Below are positions 37,983-46,928 of a DNA stretch of 64,000 nt, in pieces (position 1 is the first letter of the stretch; each line of letters begins with the position of its first letter). The notes beneath the pieces are model-generated. The model searched no databases, was not told the origin of the DNA, and saw only the letters and a list, made by a program, of their open reading frames with translations. A program made the position numbers and the translations under genes. This DNA is from a virus: positions 1 through 64,000 of the IMG/VR virus record IMGVR_UViG_3300004369_000011. One strand, 5' to 3'.

Positions 37983-38510
37983 ATGGAAAAGAGTAACCTC
38001 CTGCAGCGCCCTGGCGGCCTCGGCCCCATGAATGCCATGCAGCCTCTCGGCGGCACAGGGATTCAAAGCCCTGCTGCATATGCCGTTACCCCGGAGATGA
38101 TTGCTGTCCGTAGGGCGGCGGGGATAGACAATATCAATCGAGTGATGGCTCAATACTCTCGTGACAGGGGCGAGACTGTTCGGGCTGCTGTCGGCCCCAC
38201 AAACTATCAAGAAGGGAATATCATGCCTTCTATGCAGGCTACGGGGCCTGCTGGATACCAGCATCGTGATCCTCTGGTGCTGCCTGATAGACCAGCGGAT
38301 ATGACTAAAGCGGATTATTTAGTCAAAGAACAAAACAGCATGAACCCTGATCTGCGAGCCAAAATGCAGATCTTAACTACGTTACCCCAACAAAATTTTT
38401 ACAACGTGCAAGACGTTTCGACGTCGCTGATGACTCAGGATTACAGAACCCCCGCAAGTCTGCCCATGCAAAGGCTTGCTGGCGAGAGGATGCGCAACCG
38501 TGGTAAATAA
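37983..38510 (+). CDS. hypothetical M/Q/P-rich protein with RLAG motif
   Basis: 175-aa Cys-free ORF. Confidence 0.6.
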   Translation: MEKSNLLQRPGGLGPMNAMQPLGGTGIQSPAAYAVTPEMIAVRRAAGIDNINRVMAQYSRDRGETVRAAVGPTNYQEGNIMPSMQATGPAGYQHRDPLVLPDRPADMTKADYLVKEQNSMNPDLRAKMQILTTLPQQNFYNVQDVSTSLMTQDYRTPASLPMQRLAGERMRNRGK

Positions 38511-38637
38511 CGATTTCCCGATTCGTTTAGCAGGTATGCGCCTAGGGCTCACGCCTCCGGACGTCACCAAGTTTGCTACAAACCCCCGCGAGGTGACAGC
38601 TCGCCTTCGGTATCAACAAACTTTCCCAAAAAGCTAG
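38500..38637 (+). CDS. small protein, not in ORF track (MVNNDFPIRLAGMRLGL...)
   Basis: 45 aa; GAGG upstream; overlaps the previous stop. Confidence 0.45.
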   Translation: MVNNDFPIRLAGMRLGLTPPDVTKFATNPREVTARLRYQQTFPKS

Positions 38638-38666
38638 TAATCTAAGGCGTTCAAGTTCTTGGATTC

Positions 38667-39362
38667 ATGCTGCATTCCGCGACTCTTGACTGGATTACTC
38701 CCAATGCGGAGCAGGTAATCGCTCGTCATGCACGGGTTTCAACCAAGGATCCTGATCGCTCTGAGTACACTCAACTTTTAAGCTACTGCATAAAGCACGG
38801 CCATTGGAGTGTCTTCGAGCAAGCTGCAGCTAGTTTTGAGATTACTACGACGCGAGCAATATCCCCGCAGATTTTACGGCACAGGTCTTGTGCCTTTCAA
38901 GAGTTAAGTCAACGATATACAAATCCAAGTGAGACCCTGACCCTGGGTGGACGCCCTCCTCACGAGTTTAGTCTTCGCTGGCAAGCGGACAAAAATCGTC
39001 AGAGTAGTGCGGAGGAAGTGGACGCCGCTACGCAGGCTTTATTCCGCTCCCGCATTCTGCTTTTGCACCAAGATGTTCAAACTCTTTACACCGACATGTT
39101 AGATGCGGGGATCGCTCGCGAATGTGCTCGAAATATCTTGCCTGAGTACACCCCTACTCGCCTGCATATGCAAGGAACGCTGCGAAGTTTTTTAACGTAC
39201 GTCGGTTTGCGCGGGCAAGAGGAGACTCAGCTAGAGCATCGTTTAATTGCGCAGTCAATCGGCAAACTCTTAGCCGAGCAACTCCCCGTGGTCATCAAAG
39301 CAATTCAAGCAGCAGACGACGCTGGGTTAGGAGGCTGGGCGTTTTTAAATAAACCCTGTTAG
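38667..39362 (+). CDS. thyX: flavin-dependent thymidylate synthase
   Basis: HGHWSVFE, QILRHRS..FQELSQRY, ARECAR..LP, Q.EHR. Confidence 0.92.
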   Translation: MLHSATLDWITPNAEQVIARHARVSTKDPDRSEYTQLLSYCIKHGHWSVFEQAAASFEITTTRAISPQILRHRSCAFQELSQRYTNPSETLTLGGRPPHEFSLRWQADKNRQSSAEEVDAATQALFRSRILLLHQDVQTLYTDMLDAGIARECARNILPEYTPTRLHMQGTLRSFLTYVGLRGQEETQLEHRLIAQSIGKLLAEQLPVVIKAIQAADDAGLGGWAFLNKPC

Positions 39363-39365
39363 GAT

Positions 39366-39397
39366 AAAAAGTCGGCGGCGGGCCTAATTAAGCCCGC
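39366..39397 (-). terminator. probable terminator between convergent genes
   Basis: GCGGGC...GCCCGC stem with an adjacent A-run on the + strand. Confidence 0.5.
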
Positions 39398-39404
39398 TTG
39401 CTAC

Positions 39405-39977
39405 TCAAATTCCCGGCTGAGGCCTCCAAGGATCCTGTTCCTGTGTTCGGGATTTTGCGGCAAGAGCAGAAGCTGCTTGCTGAGCTTGCATAAACTGCAT
39501 CGCACGTTTGTACTGCTCTACTTCGGCTTCCAACTTCTGGGTTTGAGCTTGAGCCCAGTCCGAAGCATTTTTTGTTAGGCCATCCAAAACATTGTCAGGA
39601 TGGGGAAAGTTAAAAAACACTCCAATTCCCTGGTCAGTTGGAACCTTTTGTCCGTTGCTGTTTTCAGCTAACGTTGAAAGAAAGTTATGGGATTTTTCCA
39701 AAGATATATTTGAAAAGAAAGCTAGTTGTACAGGATCAATTAAGCCTTGATTTTTTTCATACAGAGTCGCAAAGCAACTAGTCACACGGGTTGCTTGCTC
39801 ACGTTTGATTTCGTCGTCGCTTCGTCGTCTTTCAACGACAGAGGCACCTCCGAGAATGCCACCTGAGAATGCCAAGGCAGCCCCGACGTATTGAGGGGCC
39901 GTAAATGCCGTGGCAATCCCAGCGATTCCGCCAAGGATCAGAGCTACGGGAATCGTCTTAATTTTTTGCAGGATCAT
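39405..39977 (-). CDS. membrane-anchored coiled-coil protein
   Basis: two N-terminal hydrophobic helices. Confidence 0.55.
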   Translation of the reverse strand: MILQKIKTIPVALILGGIAGIATAFTAPQYVGAALAFSGGILGGASVVERRRSDDEIKREQATRVTSCFATLYEKNQGLIDPVQLAFFSNISLEKSHNFLSTLAENSNGQKVPTDQGIGVFFNFPHPDNVLDGLTKNASDWAQAQTQKLEAEVEQYKRAMQFMQAQQAASALAAKSRTQEQDPWRPQPGI

Positions 39978-42753
39978 GTTTCTGAAATGCAGTTTCCCAA
40001 AGAAGGGGGTCAGGGTTTTGTGCGAATTCAACTGGGCTTGGAAGCCGATCAGGACCATAGGAAGCCCGATCGGATGTTAGATCATAGGCCTTTAGTCGTA
40101 AACCAATGACAGCCGGTAATCCGTTCTTAAACGTCAGGCCACAGCTAGAGAGCTTAAGGATGTTAACCAAAGCTTCCCGCGTTCTTTCTACAAACCGAGG
40201 TTTAGCCGCAGCTTTGTAGCCACAGGCCTTACAGAAGTTAACGTAGCTTGCGTACAGCTCTGAGTAAGAGTCTTTGACATACAGCCCTCGCTCTGCCTCG
40301 TCTGTTGAAGGCTTAGAAGCACCCCTACCAATGACCGTGGCCGAATTAGGGGAGTACAGGCAGCACTCTCCTAACCAAGATACAAACTGATTGTTGAACA
40401 TCAATGCCTCGATGTTCGTCTTCGCAATGGAAGGGACGTGCTTAACCGGGTTAGCCAAGATGTCACGCATTTTATCGTGGCTTAGGCTAAGAGCCCATGT
40501 CACAATGCCACTCATTTCCGGGACAAAGGAACCAGCTAAGCGGTCCTCGTGGACGCTGAGGAGTTCTCGCCGCTCGCTTGGGGGCACTACCTTGTCCATC
40601 ACAATAGTGAGTCGCCGACGCTCCAAACCGCTACTGGAGTCGTTTGAGGAGATGTGCTCATTACTTGCAATGCAAACTAAGCACTCTGGTTTAAAGCTGA
40701 TAATTTCTTTACCGTATTTACGTTCCGCACGTAGAGTGTCTGATGCTGATGTAAGTTTTTTAAGTACGTCCATTCGTTTGTTGTAGTTTGATTCGTCTGT
40801 CAGTAGCAACAAACGCTTTCCAATAAGGTTATAAGTCTCGAATTTATTTGTTTCGATGATTTCCAAACTCGATGTGTGGGAACCGCTAAAACCAGCTAAG
40901 GCAATCATCAACTGCTGCATTGTTGATTTACCCGTTCCTCCTGGGCCTACAAGGTGTAGGAACCTTTCACCCGCCGTATAGCCGGTCAGCAGCGCTCGAC
41001 AAAAAGATTGAATCAACAGAGCCTGACCCGTATCTAGGGCTTGAGTTACCCATTTAAGAAACTCAGGGCATTTCGCTTCGGGGTCGTAATCGTAAGCAAG
41101 TTTGCTACGAAGATACAAATCTTTTTGCTGCCCCGCTTGAAAGTGAAAAGTTTCGCTATCTAATACACCGTTTTGAAAAGGAATGTACTTACGTCCCTTA
41201 GACCATATGCTGCGACGTCCACCATCGACGGATCTCAACAACTTGGCTTTAAGAATTTGAAAGACACTGCTTACCGTGGCAGAGTTGTATTTGGACATAA
41301 CTCCAGCGGTAACAAAGCTGTCTAGCGCACGAATAATGCGCCGCTTGATATGTTGCTCATCTTGCGCATACCAGACACCCAAATCATTGTCATAAGTATA
41401 AAATTGGTCTAGGTTGCTGTCGTAAATAAAATCATCACCCTGATTTGTGACAATGATGTCAGCTACATCGTTCTCAGAAAACTGACGATTATTAGTGCCG
41501 TTTGCGGTTTGTAGGTTAATAAGCTGTGTAGGGCTTTGCGGCGTATTCATAGTGCTTTGAGGTGACGGTGTAGATGAAGATGTAGATGTAGATGTAGATG
41601 TAGATGTTGTTGGGGACTGCACGACAGGACCTAAATTAAAGTCCTCAGCAGTCAGAATTGAATTAGAAGGAACTGCCCTGGTCTGTTTAAGAACTTCCCT
41701 GATTGCCTCGGGGACTTTCTGTTCGTATAAGCCGCGATCTTGAGATCGGACTTTTTTCCAAGCAGCAGCGGCGCCTAAGTCGGAGGCTAGGGACACGGCG
41801 GGCAAGAGGTCCGCTGCCCCGTGAATTGAGTTTAAAATCCGATTGAATTTGCCATCTATATCGTGAGGGTAGTCGTAGATAGCATAGAACGCATCCTGTG
41901 CCACCGTCAAGGGGGACACGCATACAGTTACATTGTTTACCCCCAGCCAATTCGCCCAACCTATAAGCTCTTTAAAGACGGCAGCCATTGTGGAGGAACG
42001 GTCCTCCACTGGCTCCCCATTCAAAACTGAGCGGACGGTTTGCGAAACCAAACTTTTTAGTTCCAGTCCCTCCGCACTGACTGGAGTGTTCTGCAGAATG
42101 TCCTCTGGATCCCCACCCGTGCCTTGGTTGTCCGATGGGAGTGAAGAATATGCACTGTAAGCTTCGTCTATCTTCTGTGACGGAATAAATTTATCTGTCT
42201 GTAAGAGAATTGCCTCTGGTGTGCGAGCCCCGTAAAAGAGGTTGGGGCATTGCGTGGCCCTAATATCAAATCCCGGAATTTGTTTACAGATTTCCCGTGT
42301 GAACCATTGGTAAAAACCCGCGTCAATAATCGGTTTTTCTAAACCAAAAACTAAACGAAATCGAGGCCAACCTTCTGCAGTTGAAGGGGAGTCGTAGGCG
42401 AAAGTAAGGTATTTCTTACACAGGTCTAGTTCGAGAGCTTGTTCAAAAGTTAGTTCCTGTTTTTGAATTTTATCTCCCGCCGCATCTTTACCGTCAGCTT
42501 GGTTGTCGATGTCGACAATAATCATGCCGGCTTGAATTAAACCCGTGTTGTTTCTTTGACGCTTTCCTTCAATTAAATGCCACGCGCACAATCCGGTGCT
42601 GCGACCTATCTCTTGGGCTAAGTCACTAATAGATATACATACTGGTTTCCAGTTCTCATTAAACGCGGTGAAGTTACCCCCCGTGGGTATCTTGCCCGTG
42701 TTCTTGTCTAAATGAGAGGCAACCTTCTTGTTTATAGAGCAAATGTAATTCAT
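39958..42753 (-). CDS. primase-helicase (P4/D5-like SF3 helicase C-terminus)
   Basis: DID and RFRLVF primase motifs; IPFQNG, GPGGTGKST, LLLTDE, RAERKY, ERR. Confidence 0.85.
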   Translation of the reverse strand: MNYICSINKKVASHLDKNTGKIPTGGNFTAFNENWKPVCISISDLAQEIGRSTGLCAWHLIEGKRQRNNTGLIQAGMIIVDIDNQADGKDAAGDKIQKQELTFEQALELDLCKKYLTFAYDSPSTAEGWPRFRLVFGLEKPIIDAGFYQWFTREICKQIPGFDIRATQCPNLFYGARTPEAILLQTDKFIPSQKIDEAYSAYSSLPSDNQGTGGDPEDILQNTPVSAEGLELKSLVSQTVRSVLNGEPVEDRSSTMAAVFKELIGWANWLGVNNVTVCVSPLTVAQDAFYAIYDYPHDIDGKFNRILNSIHGAADLLPAVSLASDLGAAAAWKKVRSQDRGLYEQKVPEAIREVLKQTRAVPSNSILTAEDFNLGPVVQSPTTSTSTSTSTSSSTPSPQSTMNTPQSPTQLINLQTANGTNNRQFSENDVADIIVTNQGDDFIYDSNLDQFYTYDNDLGVWYAQDEQHIKRRIIRALDSFVTAGVMSKYNSATVSSVFQILKAKLLRSVDGGRRSIWSKGRKYIPFQNGVLDSETFHFQAGQQKDLYLRSKLAYDYDPEAKCPEFLKWVTQALDTGQALLIQSFCRALLTGYTAGERFLHLVGPGGTGKSTMQQLMIALAGFSGSHTSSLEIIETNKFETYNLIGKRLLLLTDESNYNKRMDVLKKLTSASDTLRAERKYGKEIISFKPECLVCIASNEHISSNDSSSGLERRRLTIVMDKVVPPSERRELLSVHEDRLAGSFVPEMSGIVTWALSLSHDKMRDILANPVKHVPSIAKTNIEALMFNNQFVSWLGECCLYSPNSATVIGRGASKPSTDEAERGLYVKDSYSELYASYVNFCKACGYKAAAKPRFVERTREALVNILKLSSCGLTFKNGLPAVIGLRLKAYDLTSDRASYGPDRLPSPVEFAQNPDPLLWETAFQKHDPAKN
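41569..41604 (-). repeat. TGTAGA hexamer tandem repeat encoding an (ST)n interdomain linker
   Basis: six units, one with a mismatch. Confidence 0.85.
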
Positions 42754-42858
42754 AGACTGTCGCAGAGTGTCCTCCAGTATGCCCCGGATCGTCCAGGACG
42801 CCAAGGGGAGCAAGTATTAAATTCCAGCTTATCCCCTCTTTAGCCGGGCAACCCCATT

Positions 42859-43650
42859 CTAGTTTCCACTCGGTGCTGCGCTTTGTTGGGCGTAGTACTG
42901 TTTGACAACCTCAAACCAAGCGGCTTGATCCTTTTCGACTTCCGTTTCCCCGAACGTAAAAATTTGGGTGTTAAATTCTTTTATTGCGGTTGTGACGATA
43001 ATTTGCGTCTTTGTGATTTTAAGACCTAGGCACGCCTCAGCCGCTGCTTTGTAGGCGGCAAGTTGCAGTTTTGTTTTTTTAGTTTTAAAGACCCCTGAGA
43101 TCAAAGCCTTTCGCGTTCGTTCGTCTATAGGTTGATCTTTTTTAGGAAACCTAGCGGCGTAAGGACCATTACTTGTTTTAAAGTCCGCCAGGATAATTTC
43201 CGCGTTTTGATTCATGTATATAAGATCGCAACAACCTGCGTACCCATGCCCCGTGGTTGCGTCGTAGTAATGTATGCGGCCCACGCCGTCGTCACCTACG
43301 TACTTCGACCAGCGCGGCTGGTTAAAAGGTTTTTCTGACCATAGAACTCGGCCTCCCTCAAGAAGTTCGTCTAAGAGTTCCGGAACACCTTGCCAGAAAG
43401 GATCATATCGCTCGGGGGGAACGACACGCAGACCGCGCAGGTAATTTTCCACACTGTTGTGAATCCATGTCCCCCTCGTGGCTGCTTCGTCAGCTACACC
43501 AGGATTTAATTGATTCCACTTCGAAAGCTTTATCTGCGTTTCTTGTGATTGAGTGGCAGTTAGAATCGAGGTTACAGAGGGAAGTGGTTTAGGTACCCCA
43601 TCACATATGTAGTGCCGTAGGCCATTAACTGTTACGCGTGTGTCGGACAC
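42859..43650 (-). CDS. PD-(D/E)XK exonuclease
   Basis: PSVTSIL, RGTWIH, E, AG..D, DFKT, LQLAAY. Confidence 0.85.
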   Translation of the reverse strand: MSDTRVTVNGLRHYICDGVPKPLPSVTSILTATQSQETQIKLSKWNQLNPGVADEAATRGTWIHNSVENYLRGLRVVPPERYDPFWQGVPELLDELLEGGRVLWSEKPFNQPRWSKYVGDDGVGRIHYYDATTGHGYAGCCDLIYMNQNAEIILADFKTSNGPYAARFPKKDQPIDERTRKALISGVFKTKKTKLQLAAYKAAAEACLGLKITKTQIIVTTAIKEFNTQIFTFGETEVEKDQAAWFEVVKQYYAQQSAAPSGN

Positions 43651-43675
43651 TGATTTGTGTCAATTTGAGCTTATT

Positions 43676-44035
43676 CTAAAACGAATTTACCAGTGCGTTT
43701 GGACCTGATGAAGTATCATCATCGTCATCCTCCTCATGTGGGTCATCGTCAATAAAGAATTCTTGCTGCTGATACTGATAATTTCGATTTCGCTGTTCCA
43801 ACTCATTTAATAGGTACAGTCCAGCCGAAAAAGATTCTCCTACAATTTCCGCGCAAGTTTCAGCATCCCGCGCATTCCCGTGGTGGTCAATGCACTCAGT
43901 TAAAAGTTGTTGGCTAATCAACAAAGCAGATAGTTTGTCAAGCTTCGCGTTCTGCAACGCTTGCTGCTCAATTAAAAGGTCCAGTAGGGACTCTAACCGC
44001 CGTTTCATGGGCAGATACTTTTCGGACGTTGCCAC
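43676..44035 (-). CDS. hypothetical protein with acidic tail
   Basis: 119-aa ORF. Confidence 0.55.
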   Translation of the reverse strand: MATSEKYLPMKRRLESLLDLLIEQQALQNAKLDKLSALLISQQLLTECIDHHGNARDAETCAEIVGESFSAGLYLLNELEQRNRNYQYQQQEFFIDDDPHEEDDDDDTSSGPNALVNSF

Positions 44036-44538
44036 CCTACTTCAAAATCAATTTCTGTCTTGATGTTTGCGTCGCCACCTTTTTGGAAAACAAACCACGC
44101 AGACGTCACAGAGTCCTTTAATTGCTTCCCATCCGCACGAAATGAGGGACGAGGACTCAAAATAATTAGGTTTGTTAAAGCACTCGTTTTTAAGAACGAT
44201 TCGCGTTTCCGCGTGGGCTCTAGGAATGTAAGGCGATCTAAAATGCAAACTCCCTTGCGGGCGACTGTAAGCCCATAGTCTGTAATCCAATTTGTATTTT
44301 CTTTTAATCCCTGCGTGATAGCCACCACCCAATCTACGTCGCTCATATACTGCAGCCACCATTCGGGGTCTTGTACGGCGGCTTCTATGGAGTTGTCGCG
44401 AATATCAGATAGCCCACAACGCTTTAATTCTTCTGCCAGTCCGCCCGTAAAATCCGTTGGAAGAAGGACCGAGCCCGTACATAATTGCCGCTGGGCAATA
44501 GGATTAAATATAAAGTTAGGGACTTGGTAGAAGGACAT
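44005..44538 (-). CDS. methyltransferase-like protein lacking NPPF
   Basis: DWVV followed by AITQ; RLTFLEPT..R..FL, RPSF..DG..DSVTSAWFVF.K. Confidence 0.55.
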   Translation of the reverse strand: MSFYQVPNFIFNPIAQRQLCTGSVLLPTDFTGGLAEELKRCGLSDIRDNSIEAAVQDPEWWLQYMSDVDWVVAITQGLKENTNWITDYGLTVARKGVCILDRLTFLEPTRKRESFLKTSALTNLIILSPRPSFRADGKQLKDSVTSAWFVFQKGGDANIKTEIDFEVGWQRPKSICP

Positions 44539-44779
44539 GGACGGCGTTAAGAGTTTGGAGCGCTTACGGAGCTGGATGAGTCTAGAGCAAGAGTTTCTTC
44601 ATAAACAATTCCTAGCTCAAGCTAACAAGCTTGATCGAAAAGAACTCATAGAGATTTTAGAGATTGTTCATGCAAACTATCTTGTACGAGGTAGTTTATT
44701 TTTACGTCTTTCCAAATGGTGTCAACGCCAGGGTTACCCGTTGCCGGATGCGGATGAAATTACAAATCCAAACAAATAA
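44537..44779 (+). CDS. nblA: second NblA-like protein
   Basis: MSLEQEF....F..Q...L...E..E.L......YLVR...F aligns without gaps to the NblA pattern. Confidence 0.65.
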   Translation: MDGVKSLERLRSWMSLEQEFLHKQFLAQANKLDRKELIEILEIVHANYLVRGSLFLRLSKWCQRQGYPLPDADEITNPNK

Positions 44780-44800
44780 AAAAGGCGCCGTAGCGCCTTC
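44778..44800 (-). terminator. intrinsic terminator
   Basis: AAGGCGC-UACG-GCGCCUU followed by a U-run on the - strand. Confidence 0.75.
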
Positions 44801-44824
44801 GTGTCCTCTGCTTGTAAGTATAGG

Positions 44825-45649
44825 TTAAAAGTCCAAACCTGCAGCTTTCAGAGCTTCTTTCTGCTCGTCAGTCAGGTCTTTCTTTTCACCTTTCTTAGAT
44901 GAGGGCGGCTCAACTTCCTCAGCAGGCTTCCCAGCAATCGCGGCTGACGGCGGGAGAGAAGCAAAACCCCCTCCCTGAGTCTCCAGACGCTTCGGATAGG
45001 TTTCGGCAAAGTCCGCTTTAAGCTTCGCGTGGTCTTGCCCAAGAGGTAGCTCGACCAGATTGCTAGAGGGGATAGTGCTACGTAGAGCAGAAGATACCAA
45101 ATCTCCTCCATCGTTTTCCAACCAGGTAGCGATGTCTTGAATGAGCTTGGTTTCTTCTGAGCCATTTACAGGACGATCCTTAAATTCCAGGGCATTGAAA
45201 TTAATTTTCGCACCATCCGCTCCGGTAATGGGATCCCGTTCATTGAAGCTTTTCGTTACAAACTTCGTGCTTGTAATGATTTCTCCAACATTGATACGGT
45301 TGTTGTAAAGCGTTTGGAAGTACGAAATAAAATTCTTCTGACTTGATTTGCCAGAAATAATGCAGGTAGATACACAGCGAGGAGGCAGCAAACGGTGGCT
45401 AGGACTAACACCGATAAAAGCAACCCGAATAAACTCTTCATGGGAGCGCATTCCGAGGTTCCCGAAAAACGGGGTGAATCCCAACAGAACAAATTCGATT
45501 GGTATCCCGTTATCGTTCGCGTCCGTGATCGCCGAGTCTGGATCAGTGTCGGACTTCCACCGACGTGCCTGAAGATCAATTCGTAAGCAGTGTGGGGGGA
45601 CTTGACAAAGAATTTCATCAACCGAAAATTTACCAGCAATGAAAACCAT
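44825..45649 (-). CDS. putative ssDNA-binding/annealing protein
   Basis: adjacent to SSB; flexible tail ending in LDF. Confidence 0.4.
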   Translation of the reverse strand: MVFIAGKFSVDEILCQVPPHCLRIDLQARRWKSDTDPDSAITDANDNGIPIEFVLLGFTPFFGNLGMRSHEEFIRVAFIGVSPSHRLLPPRCVSTCIISGKSSQKNFISYFQTLYNNRINVGEIITSTKFVTKSFNERDPITGADGAKINFNALEFKDRPVNGSEETKLIQDIATWLENDGGDLVSSALRSTIPSSNLVELPLGQDHAKLKADFAETYPKRLETQGGGFASLPPSAAIAGKPAEEVEPPSSKKGEKKDLTDEQKEALKAAGLDF

Positions 45650-45663
45650 AAGTAGGAACCAGA

Positions 45664-46308
45664 TTAAAGGGAGAAGTCAACAGAACCAATAGCGGCGGCA
45701 GATACCCGGCCTTTATCAAGGTCGGCTGCTTTTTTAGGAGTGGGTTTAGAAGATTTAGGGAGATAAAGGACTTTATCAAGATTGTAATTAAGGTAGGACT
45801 TGTCCTCCTTCTCGCTGGTGCTAACTTTGCCTACTGCAATAGTCGGCGTACCTGGAGCTAAGTCGGCTAATTGCTTAGACAACTCAGCCCACGCTGTGAG
45901 CTTAAACCAGTTGGTTTCGCTTCCTTCGCTTTGCCAAGCGAGAGATCGGTTTGTAACCGTCGTGTCTGAAAGCTCAACTTCTTCAGCTTTCGGCCCAAGG
46001 CCACCCGTGGCAATAAAGAGGTTTACGGCTAGAAGATCGTCAAAGTTTTCATTGGTTACAACAAGCATGGGCTGCATCTGCAGCATCCCGTCCGGCGTAG
46101 GACGTGTTGGTCCAATTGCCAGAATGGTTTGCGCGTCAGTCAAACCCTGGAGAAGTTTTCCTACATAGTGGTCTTTACCTTGGATTAGTTGAACCTTAGT
46201 TGGTACGCGTTTTTCGCTTGAAGGAAGGGATTCCCCAAGTACGTTTACAGTTCCCTCGATCACCTCAGCTTCTGCTGTGACTCTCAGGCCTAGAACGAAG
46301 ACATTCAT
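45664..46308 (-). CDS. ssb: single-stranded DNA-binding protein (OB fold, likely tandem)
   Basis: GGLG...E, TNWFKLTAWAELS..L..L.PG....VGKV. Confidence 0.65.
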   Translation of the reverse strand: MNVFVLGLRVTAEAEVIEGTVNVLGESLPSSEKRVPTKVQLIQGKDHYVGKLLQGLTDAQTILAIGPTRPTPDGMLQMQPMLVVTNENFDDLLAVNLFIATGGLGPKAEEVELSDTTVTNRSLAWQSEGSETNWFKLTAWAELSKQLADLAPGTPTIAVGKVSTSEKEDKSYLNYNLDKVLYLPKSSKPTPKKAADLDKGRVSAAAIGSVDFSL

Positions 46309-46837
46309 TGGATAAGTTTCTGTAAATGGTTGAGCGGTGGACGTTCAGAACCTCGGCAATCTGCGAAACGCTGATGCCTTGGCTTCGGTAGGCTACTACC
46401 AATTTGATGTCCCCGCCAGTCAGTTTAGAGGCTTGCTTAGCCTTGTATGCGTTGTGATACGGATTAACACATTTTAAACACGTGCAAGACATCTTGACAA
46501 AGTTATCGCGGTTCATATCCATGTAGTCCAAAATTAAAGGACGTATGTAATAGCGACGTCCAAGCGTATATATAACAGGGTTATTATTTACATAGCTTCC
46601 TTGCCATGGATAGCATTCTGTGTGTTGGAAATCACTAAAAGCTAATTTAGTAAATAGCTGACCAAGTGGTGAGTCCTGTTGTTTTTCATAAGTAAGTTCA
46701 AACTTGTCTATTTGTAGACTTCGAGCGATATCTAGAGCTTGCGCTTGCGCGTGGGCAGCATCGTTAGCCCGCACAGCCAACTTTAACTTTTTTTCTTTTC
46801 GCTCCAAGTTAAGTTTATAGTGTTCGATAGTGGGCAC
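46265..46837 (-). CDS. HNH-like Zn-loop plus Hin-type HTH protein
   Basis: C.PWQG, C..C.CVNPYH, SVSQIAEVLNVHRSTIYR. Confidence 0.65.
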   Translation of the reverse strand: MPTIEHYKLNLERKEKKLKLAVRANDAAHAQAQALDIARSLQIDKFELTYEKQQDSPLGQLFTKLAFSDFQHTECYPWQGSYVNNNPVIYTLGRRYYIRPLILDYMDMNRDNFVKMSCTCLKCVNPYHNAYKAKQASKLTGGDIKLVVAYRSQGISVSQIAEVLNVHRSTIYRNLSNECLRSRPESHSRS

Positions 46838-46886
46838 TGTTTTAGGCTATCTGTTCTCAATATACACGCTCTTACTTTTTTGCATG

Positions 46887-46911
46887 AAAAAGGGCCCTGT
46901 CAGCGGGCCCT
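46887..46911 (-). terminator. probable intrinsic terminator
   Basis: AGGGCCC stem followed by a U-run on the - strand. Confidence 0.6.
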
Positions 46912-46928
46912 GCTTTGTTAGTTAAAAA

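Noticed and set aside
42859-43650. Cas4 as part of a CRISPR system
   Set aside because: No Fe-S cysteine cluster pattern and no array; an ordinary replication-module exonuclease.
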